NCBI GenBank assembly: GCA_039794005.1
Contig: JBAMMA010000010.1
Span: forward strand, 2,825 to 35,427
Origin: Thermoplasmata archaeon
GTDB taxonomy: Archaea > Thermoplasmatota > Thermoplasmata > Thermoplasmatales > ARK-15
Direction: 5' to 3'
Length of the DNA: 32,603 bases
Of this stretch, positions 26,238 through 32,603 are shown piece by piece. Numbering within the stretch: the stretch's first letter is position 1; each line of letters starts with the position of its first letter. The translations under genes were made by a program, and so were the position numbers. The notes below the pieces were generated by a model that was given only the letters and a program-made list of their open reading frames with translations, did not search any database and was not told the origin of the DNA.

Positions 26238-27107
26238 TTACCTTCTATATAAAGTTGTAATATATACCTTATCGTTGAATATCACAAATGTATGTTCATA
26301 CTGTGATACCAATCCATGCCTTTTTTCTATCAAAATTCCGAATTTAACGACATTCTTGGAATTTTTTAATTTCTCCAGCAAATTTTCGGGATTTGAAAAG
26401 TCCCTGTATATCCATCTTACTGAAAATGGCAATGTTTTATATCTTTCATAAATTTCAGGAAATTCTTCTTCATCTTTAAGCATCATTATGTTACCGAATT
26501 TTCCCTCTTTTATGAAACCTGAACCGTCTGTGGCAAAAGGTTCTATTGCAAATGCCATGTTATTTTTAACGATTTCATATTCACCGCTGGGATAATTGGG
26601 AAAACTCAATCCTGTGTGAAGTGTATATTTATCCAACTGATGGCCTGTTAAATTATAAATTGGCTTTAAATTAAAAAACGTGATTGATCTTTCTATTATT
26701 CCTCCAATGTCATTTATTGAAATTCCAGGTCTAATGTTTTTAGAAACATTTTCCAAGGCATATCTTGATGCGTTTAATAATTTTTCATGCCTTTTGCCAA
26801 TGTCAATAGTTATTGCAGTATCTGCTATATAACCGTCTATGTGTACGCCCAAATCCAACTTTATAATATCCCTATCTTCAACTCTTCTATCATCATTATG
26901 TCCCGGTGTATAATGGGCAGCTTCATCATTCCTGCTCAGGTTTACTGGAAACGCTGGATATCCACCCTTTGATATAATGAAATTTTCAATTTCATCAGCT
27001 ATATTTTCATATTTTTCCCCCGTATTTATGATGCCTTTTCCAAATTCAATTGCCAGGGATGCTATTTCACCGGCCTTCAAATATTTATCCAAAATATCTG
27101 CATCCAT
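26238..27107 (-). CDS. map: Methionine aminopeptidase type II
   Basis: AFPVNLS...AAHYTP, KLDLGVHIDGYIADTA, NLTGH, AIEPFAT, SQYEHT metal ligands. True start is ATG 27107; the ORF-track extension to 27215 is tRNA sequence. Confidence 0.95.
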   Translation of the reverse strand: MDADILDKYLKAGEIASLAIEFGKGIINTGEKYENIADEIENFIISKGGYPAFPVNLSRNDEAAHYTPGHNDDRRVEDRDIIKLDLGVHIDGYIADTAITIDIGKRHEKLLNASRYALENVSKNIRPGISINDIGGIIERSITFFNLKPIYNLTGHQLDKYTLHTGLSFPNYPSGEYEIVKNNMAFAIEPFATDGSGFIKEGKFGNIMMLKDEEEFPEIYERYKTLPFSVRWIYRDFSNPENLLEKLKNSKNVVKFGILIEKRHGLVSQYEHTFVIFNDKVYITTLYRR

Positions 27108-27129
27108 AATTTTCACTCTAATAAATTGA

Positions 27130-27202
27130 TGGGGCTGCCCGGATTTGAACCGGGGTCTCAGGCTCCCAAGGCCTGTAGGATACCAAGCTACCCCACAGCC
27201 CC
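27130..27202 (-). tRNA. tRNA-Pro (anticodon UGG), intronless, CCA not encoded
   Basis: Minus strand GGGGCTG TG GGGTAGCTTGGTATCCT A CAGGC CTTGGGA GCCTG AGAC CCCGG TTCAAAT CCGGG CAGCCCC A. Perfect acceptor, anticodon and T stems; followed by TCA rather than CCA. Confidence 0.97.
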
Positions 27203-27630
27203 TACACCTTTTCAATTATTATGTAAGTTGACGTCCTTTCAATGCCTTTTATATTAATTAATTTTTTCAATTCTTCTTTCAGGTGTTCCTCATTTCTGGA
27301 TATTATGTGTATCAATAAATCATTTTCTCCCAAAAGGGATTCAATGCTAATTATCTGGTCAAGCTTCTTAATCTCTTCAATAATTTCGTGGTACTTCATT
27401 TCTGAAAAGTTTACCCTTGCACATATCACAGCATTTACAGAGTATCCCAATTTCTTATAGTTCAAATTTACCGTATATCCCTCGATTATTCCCTCCTCTT
27501 CCAACTTTTTTATTCTATAATGTATGGTCGATTTTGAGGCATTTAATTCTTTACTCATCTCTTCCAGAGGCATTCTCCCATTCTTTTTAAGAAGCTCTAT
27601 AATCTTCATATCCGTTTCATCCAGTTCCAT
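27202..27630 (-). CDS. Lrp/AsnC family transcriptional regulator
   Basis: MELDETDMKIIELLKKNGR...STIHYRIKKLEEEGIIEGY HTH, LNYKKLG linker, RAM domain (LGENDLL, GIERTST). Confidence 0.95.
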   Translation of the reverse strand: MELDETDMKIIELLKKNGRMPLEEMSKELNASKSTIHYRIKKLEEEGIIEGYTVNLNYKKLGYSVNAVICARVNFSEMKYHEIIEEIKKLDQIISIESLLGENDLLIHIISRNEEHLKEELKKLINIKGIERTSTYIIIEKV

Positions 27631-27747
27631 ATGATCCCCAGATCGTAAATTGTTTATATATATTTAATATTTTTGAAAAATTTTTAATGTTCTGTATCAT
27701 CATGTCAAACGATTACATTTAATAACGGAGATTCATATCTCTTCAAC

Positions 27748-28530
27748 ATGATTGAATTAAGTTTGCCAGAACTTGCAGAAGAGACAATTGAAGATTTTAT
27801 TAGGAATTTTTCCAACGGTAAAAGGGTTGTAATAGGTCTCAGTGGAGGTATAGATTCCACCTTGGTCCTTTATTTACTTGTAAAAGCAATTGGAAAGGAA
27901 AATGTGATAGGAATACATCTTCCTGAAAAAACAACGGATCCAAAAGATACTGAAGACGTTAAAAAAATAGCCTCCATTAACGGTATTGATCTAATAATAG
28001 AACATTTGGATGATTATGTTCAACCATTTAAGAAGAATATAAATGATATCAGAATTTTAGGAAACGTAAAAGCAAGACTGAGAATGGTATACCTATATTC
28101 AATATCAAATAGCATAGGTGGTTTGGTATCAGGAACAAGTAACAAAAGCGAATTATTGACAGGATATTTCACGAAATATGGTGATGGTGCAGCCGATTTT
28201 TATCCTATAGGAGATCTGTACAAAACACAGGTAAGATTGTTAGCAAAAAAGATTGGTATACCTGAAGAGATAATAAATAAAATTCCCACCGCTGGTTTAT
28301 GGGAAAACCAAACTGATGAAACCGAACTTGGCATCTCTTACGATGATTTAGACAAAATTCTTTATGGAATAGAACAATTATATGATGACATTAAAATACA
28401 TGAGGAAACAAACATTCCCATTGAAAAAATTAAATATGTAAGAAATCTGGTAGATAAAACAAAACATAAGAGGAATATATATATCCCTAAGATTGGAATA
28501 AGAACCGTAGGTTTGGACTGGAGAGAATGA
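27748..28530 (+). CDS. nadE: NH3-dependent NAD+ synthetase
   Basis: IGLSGGIDS PP-loop, GNVKARLRM, GTSNKSE, GYFTKYGDG, DLYKTQV, PTAGLW..QTDE; no glutaminase domain. Confidence 0.96.
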   Translation: MIELSLPELAEETIEDFIRNFSNGKRVVIGLSGGIDSTLVLYLLVKAIGKENVIGIHLPEKTTDPKDTEDVKKIASINGIDLIIEHLDDYVQPFKKNINDIRILGNVKARLRMVYLYSISNSIGGLVSGTSNKSELLTGYFTKYGDGAADFYPIGDLYKTQVRLLAKKIGIPEEIINKIPTAGLWENQTDETELGISYDDLDKILYGIEQLYDDIKIHEETNIPIEKIKYVRNLVDKTKHKRNIYIPKIGIRTVGLDWRE

Positions 28531-29145
28531 TCATCTCAATATCAATTTTGCATCCACCACAAAATATCCATCTTCATTGAATATTATTGGATTTAGATCT
28601 AGCTGATCTACATTTTTCAGATCGCTTACTATTTGAGATACTTTTAACAACAAGCTTACAACATCTTCCTTTTTTAATCTGTAATTTCTAAATCCCTCAA
28701 ATAACCTTTTACCCTTGAGGTCATCAATTATTGAATAAGCATCCTTTTCGGTGATGGGTATCAACCTAAATGAAACATCTTTGTATAATTCTACAAAAAT
28801 ACCGCCAATACCGAGCATTATTGTTTGTCCAAAATTTTTATCGTATATTGAGCCTATGATTAATTCTATGCCAGGTTTGACCATCCTTTCTATGAGGAAT
28901 TTGGAATCTGGGAATTTATTTTTCATTTCATTGAATTTTTCTTTTAGTTCCTCCATGTTTTTTATGTTTATTGCAACGCCTCCAACATCGCTTTTATGAA
29001 GAATGTTTTTGTCGGATACTTTTAATACCACTGGAAACTCTATATCCAATCTTTCCGGTAAATCTTTAATTAACACACCATCTGGCACGTTAATTCCATA
29101 TTTTTTTAAAATTTGCTTTACATCATATTCTTCAACAATTTCCAT
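28531..29145 (-). CDS. acdB: ADP-forming acetate/acyl-CoA ligase beta subunit (ATP-grasp)
   Basis: FPVVLKV, HKSDVGGV, ELIIG, GIGGIFVELYKDVSFR, LDLNP, VVDA. Start placed at ATG 29145 after GGTGA (the GTG at 29154 is part of the SD). Confidence 0.9.
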   Translation of the reverse strand: MEIVEEYDVKQILKKYGINVPDGVLIKDLPERLDIEFPVVLKVSDKNILHKSDVGGVAINIKNMEELKEKFNEMKNKFPDSKFLIERMVKPGIELIIGSIYDKNFGQTIMLGIGGIFVELYKDVSFRLIPITEKDAYSIIDDLKGKRLFEGFRNYRLKKEDVVSLLLKVSQIVSDLKNVDQLDLNPIIFNEDGYFVVDAKLILR

Positions 29146-29146
29146 A

Positions 29147-30523
29147 TCAATCACCCAGATATTTACCCCTTAGATATAATGCATACATGGATTTTACAGT
29201 TCTCTCTATGTCAGGATATGCCGGTATCTTTCTTTTTTCAGCTTCCACCAACATCCTTTTTCCAATCTTTGAACCCATTATCCCTACAACCATTGGTTTT
29301 CCTTTCATGTATTTTTCGAGAACATCAATCAAATCTATATCAATTTTTGCAGTTTGGTACAAAGCATAAACAATAATTCCATCAACATTTTCATCTTCAT
29401 TCAAATATTCCAAAACATGATCGTACTGTTCTGTGGAACCATCGGCAGTAAGATCTATTGGATTTTCTGCAGATCCAAATGGAACAATTGATTTTTTAAT
29501 TTTAATTTTAGTTTCTTCTTTTAGTTTTGCCAATTTCAGGCCAACTCCATTCACCTGTGAGGTCAGATAATCCGAGGTGACAACGCCAACTCCTCCTGCA
29601 GTAGTAACCACGGCAATTCTATCTCCATTCAAGGGTTTTTGATAAGCCAAAACTTTAGCGTAATCAAACAATTCGATCTCCGTATATGCCCTAACAATTC
29701 CTAACTGTTTTGCCATACCATCAACTATGCTATCATTTGTTGCTATTGCACCGGTATGGAGTGATGCGGCCTTGGCACCTGCCTCTGTTCTTCCACCCTT
29801 TAAAAGAACTATTGGCTTTATTTTTGAAACTTCTTTTGCAAATTCAAAAAATTTTCTACCATCCTTGAATGTTTCCAGATAAAGTGCTATTGATTTCGTG
29901 TTTTCATCCTTCAAGAAATATTCCATCAATTCTATTTCACTCAGGTCAATTCTATTTCCAATGTTTATAAAGCCTGATACCCCTAAGTTGTATTCGGATA
30001 TAATATCCATGGTTAACAATCCCAGTGCACCGCTTTGAGAAATAAAGCCAATATTTCCATCTCCAGGTAGTGAAGTTCTTTCAGGTAAGGTCAGTGCAGT
30101 ACTGACATTGGATCTCGGAATATAAATTCCGACGGTATTTGGCCCAATTATCCTCGTATTCGTACCCCTTATTGCATTTATAAGTTCATCCTCAAGCTTT
30201 TTTCCCTCTTCACCTGTTTCAGAAAAACCTCCCGCAATTACTATAACAAAAGGTACATCCTTTCTTACACATTCCTTAACTGCTTGAATCGATTGATTTG
30301 CTGATAAAGTGATCACAGCAATATCTATTTTATCATCAATATCCAATATTGATTTATATACCTTGAAATCCAAAATGGTATCTTCCTTTGGATTTATTGG
30401 ATAAACCTTTCCCTTATATCCCATGGCCTTTAAATTTTTCAAAACAACATTCCCAATCTTTTTCTCGTCTTTGGATGCTCCTATGACAGCAATTGATGAT
30501 GGATTAAAAAGCCTTTGAAACAT
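29147..30523 (-). CDS. acdA: ADP-forming acetate/acyl-CoA ligase alpha subunit
   Basis: FNPSSIAVIGAS CoA-binding start, AGGFSE, RIIGPNT, SQSGA, LKGGRT...HTGA phospho-His, NPIDL. Confidence 0.92.
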   Translation of the reverse strand: MFQRLFNPSSIAVIGASKDEKKIGNVVLKNLKAMGYKGKVYPINPKEDTILDFKVYKSILDIDDKIDIAVITLSANQSIQAVKECVRKDVPFVIVIAGGFSETGEEGKKLEDELINAIRGTNTRIIGPNTVGIYIPRSNVSTALTLPERTSLPGDGNIGFISQSGALGLLTMDIISEYNLGVSGFINIGNRIDLSEIELMEYFLKDENTKSIALYLETFKDGRKFFEFAKEVSKIKPIVLLKGGRTEAGAKAASLHTGAIATNDSIVDGMAKQLGIVRAYTEIELFDYAKVLAYQKPLNGDRIAVVTTAGGVGVVTSDYLTSQVNGVGLKLAKLKEETKIKIKKSIVPFGSAENPIDLTADGSTEQYDHVLEYLNEDENVDGIIVYALYQTAKIDIDLIDVLEKYMKGKPMVVGIMGSKIGKRMLVEAEKRKIPAYPDIERTVKSMYALYLRGKYLGD

Positions 30524-30558
30524 TAAAAAATGTAATTCTTAATACAAATTAAATTTTT

Positions 30559-31320
30559 TTATTCTATGTAATAAGTCAATTTTTTCAAGGCTTCTTCCTC
30601 CATAAAATTCAGTATACCTGTAATTATGAGAATATGTGGTGTTTTTCCCAAATCTTTATCAATTAGGTTTTTTATTCTGCCTGAAAATACCTTCTGTTCT
30701 GATGATCCAGCCTTAGAAATTACAGATACAATGGTATTTTCATCTATAACATTCTCAGAATACATTTTTTCCATAGTTAGAAGAATATCCATTCCCATGT
30801 TGGCCGACATTTCCATTTCGTCCTTTAAATCTAAAAATGCAACTGTATGCATTCCACCATTCCTATTATATTTCAAATAATCGTAAACACTCTTGGGATA
30901 ATAATTGTATTCTGGAAATGGAATAGATATAGATCTCCCAAATTTATAATTTTGTAATCCAGTAAGTGATGGTATTACACATAATATTGAAATTCCATTC
31001 ACTATTTTATATTCAATTTTTTTTCCTATTAATTCCAGTATTAATGATATGTGTGTTGTAGCTATTATGGGATCACCCGGCATTATCAATGAAACGTTTT
31101 TTTCTTTTGCTCTTTCAATTAAAAAATTTCCCTCCACATCCGATCTTTTTAATTTTACTATATTTTTACCTATCACCTTTTCCAAATCTTCGACATTTGC
31201 ATCCATGAATCTTGATGTATATTCCTCAAGGTATATTTCATCGGATCTTTTTAACGTTTCAAGAGCATCCAGAGTAATATGCTTAGTCGGGTTTAGACCA
31301 AGGCCAACCAAAGATAACAT
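30559..31320 (-). CDS. dph5: Diphthine synthase
   Basis: LVGLGL, YLEEYTS, GDPIIATTH, TGLQNYKFGRS, HTVAFLD, PHILII. Confidence 0.94.
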   Translation of the reverse strand: MLSLVGLGLNPTKHITLDALETLKRSDEIYLEEYTSRFMDANVEDLEKVIGKNIVKLKRSDVEGNFLIERAKEKNVSLIMPGDPIIATTHISLILELIGKKIEYKIVNGISILCVIPSLTGLQNYKFGRSISIPFPEYNYYPKSVYDYLKYNRNGGMHTVAFLDLKDEMEMSANMGMDILLTMEKMYSENVIDENTIVSVISKAGSSEQKVFSGRIKNLIDKDLGKTPHILIITGILNFMEEEALKKLTYYIE

Positions 31321-31380
31321 GAAAATAAAAATGAACTAAAAATATTAAAAATTTAAATAAACATTTTAATTTACATTCCT
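31321..31380. promoter_or_regulatory. Back-to-back promoters for dph5 and the aminotransferase (probably leaderless)
   Basis: TTTAAATA at 31352-31359 (+) and TTTAATAT at 31349-31342 (-), each 22-29 nt from its ATG; no SD. Confidence 0.5.
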
Positions 31381-32526
31381 ATGGTATCCTCTGTTGTAAA
31401 ATCGGTATCCCCCTCAGCAACAATATCACTATTAAACAAAGAAAATGTTTTAAAAGCTGCAGGAAAAAAGGTTATATCATTTTCATTGGGTGAGCCAGAT
31501 TTTAACACGCCTATTAAAATTCTTGAATACGCAAATGAAAAGATGATGGAAGGATATACACACTATACACAGAGCGCTGGAATTCCAGAATTAAGAAGAA
31601 AAATAGCAGAGAAATTCTCAATTGAAAAGAATGTAAAGATAAGTGAAAAAAATGTTCTGGTAACTCCAACAAAATTTGCACTATATGCCTCATATTTAAC
31701 TTTGCTGGACCCGGGTGATGAAATTTTAATACCAGATCCAGGATGGGTATCTTACGTGGAGATGGCCCATTTAGTTGGAGGAAAACCCGTATATTACAAA
31801 TTGGATGAAAATAAGGATTATTCCTTGGATCAGGAAGATATTAAAAGTAAGATAAACGAAAAGACGAGGGCAATAGTAATCAACACACCGCACAACCCAA
31901 CAGGTAGCGTTTTGAATAATGATGATCTGAATTTCTTAAGGGATATCTCAAAAGATAAAAAAATATTCATTATAAGTGATGAAATATATGAAAAATTGGT
32001 ATTTGATGGAAAGCACCAATCAATTTTGAACGATATTTCATTACTTGAAAATTCAATAATCATTTCAGGTTTTTCAAAATCACATGCCATGACAGGATTG
32101 AGAATCGGTTATTTAATTTCAAATGAAGAAATTGTTAAGTATGTTGACAAAATTCAACAGCACACGTTGACATGCGCTGCAACGTATTCACAATATGCGG
32201 CACTTAAGGCTTTGGATGATGATCAGAGTCCAGAAAACATGAGACTTGAATATAAAAAGAGGAGAGATATATTATATGAAGGTTTAAAAGATATTCCAGC
32301 ATTCAATGTAAAACCACCGAAGGCAACATTTTACATGTATCCCGAAATAAATTACAAGGGGATGGACTCAATGGAATTTTCAGATTACCTCCTGGAAAAA
32401 CTTTATATAAGCGTAGTTCCAGGAATTGCATTTGGTCCCTCCGGCAAATACAGGGTGAGAATATCATTTTCAACTGGTATTGAAAATATTCTGGAGGGTA
32501 TTGAAAGGTTAAAAAATCTTAAATAA
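31381..32526 (+). CDS. PLP-dependent class I/II (aspartate/aromatic-type) aminotransferase
   Basis: SLGEPDF, YTQSAGIPELR, NTPHNPTG, SDEIYE, SGFSKSHAMTGLRIG (PLP lysine), VPGIAFG, VRISF. Confidence 0.94.
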   Translation: MVSSVVKSVSPSATISLLNKENVLKAAGKKVISFSLGEPDFNTPIKILEYANEKMMEGYTHYTQSAGIPELRRKIAEKFSIEKNVKISEKNVLVTPTKFALYASYLTLLDPGDEILIPDPGWVSYVEMAHLVGGKPVYYKLDENKDYSLDQEDIKSKINEKTRAIVINTPHNPTGSVLNNDDLNFLRDISKDKKIFIISDEIYEKLVFDGKHQSILNDISLLENSIIISGFSKSHAMTGLRIGYLISNEEIVKYVDKIQQHTLTCAATYSQYAALKALDDDQSPENMRLEYKKRRDILYEGLKDIPAFNVKPPKATFYMYPEINYKGMDSMEFSDYLLEKLYISVVPGIAFGPSGKYRVRISFSTGIENILEGIERLKNLK

Positions 32527-32548
32527 AATTTTATTTTATTATATTTAG

Positions 32549-32603
32549 GGGCCCGTGGTCTAGCTGGTTATGACGTCGCTCTCACACAGCGAAGATCACC
32601 GGT
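32549..32603 (+). tRNA. tRNA-Val (anticodon CAC), truncated by the window end
   Basis: GGGCCCG TG GTCTAGCTGGTTATGAC G TCGCT CTCACAC AGCGA AGATC ACCGG T...: D arm, perfect anticodon stem TCGCT/AGCGA, start of T arm. Confidence 0.92.

Noticed and set aside
27108-27215. 36-aa N-terminal extension of methionine aminopeptidase in the ORF track
   Set aside because: It is a chance read-through of the tRNA-Pro gene; the MetAP-like sequence starts at ATG 27107.
27640-27703. Possible C/D-box sRNA (ATGATGA on the minus strand at 27703-27697)
   Set aside because: No CTGA D box at a suitable distance, and the sequence is AT-rich promoter DNA of the Lrp gene.
772-32090. Many short ORFs antisense or out of frame within assigned genes (e.g. 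772-1050, 4546-4836, 8086-8430, 14308-14661, 15702-16031, 16360-16665, 18916-19137, 25424-25672, 31830-32090)
   Set aside because: They overlap well-supported genes, have no motifs, and are the expected shadow ORFs.
27130-32603. tRNA-anchored integrated element
   Set aside because: No integrase and no duplicated tRNA 3' half within the window; flanking genes are housekeeping. Sequence beyond tRNA-Val cannot be seen.
1-32603. CRISPR array or rRNA
   Set aside because: No regularly spaced direct repeats, and no GC-rich non-coding stretch other than the two tRNAs.

Overview
AT-rich archaeal chromosome segment, most consistent with a Thermoplasmata lineage (Thermoplasmatales/Aciduliprofundum-like). 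This is inferred from the Thermoplasma-style proteasome alpha N-terminus, a discriminating-type AspRS signature and a very long AglB. From left to right: the 3' end of a membrane-anchored protein, a histidine phosphatase, then a cell-surface pair (a 1348-aa stalked S-layer-like glycoprotein and a stalked S53 sedolisin protease) and a tiny, extremely acidic protein. Next come aspS, nadM, mptD, an NTPase and trm1, then the proteasome/exosome superoperon (psmA, SBDS, rrp4, rrp41, rrp42, rpl37ae, and rpoP, which the ORF track missed). These are followed by a ~2080-aa AglB oligosaccharyltransferase with about 11 beta-sandwich repeats, a second C-terminal anchor and an overlapping partner gene. The right part holds a roadblock/EndoIII-like/YqgF-like operon, map, tRNA-Pro(UGG), an Lrp regulator, nadE, ADP-forming acyl-CoA synthetase alpha and beta, dph5, an aminotransferase and a truncated tRNA-Val(CAC). 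No mobile element or CRISPR array was seen. The best candidates for undescribed biology are the giant AglB plus partner (a possible multi-part archaeal OST with an altered metal motif), the stalked surface protein/protease pair, the standalone acidic mini-protein, and a tRNA whose first base is the last base of the Lrp stop codon. All calls come from motif recognition by eye; no searches were run.
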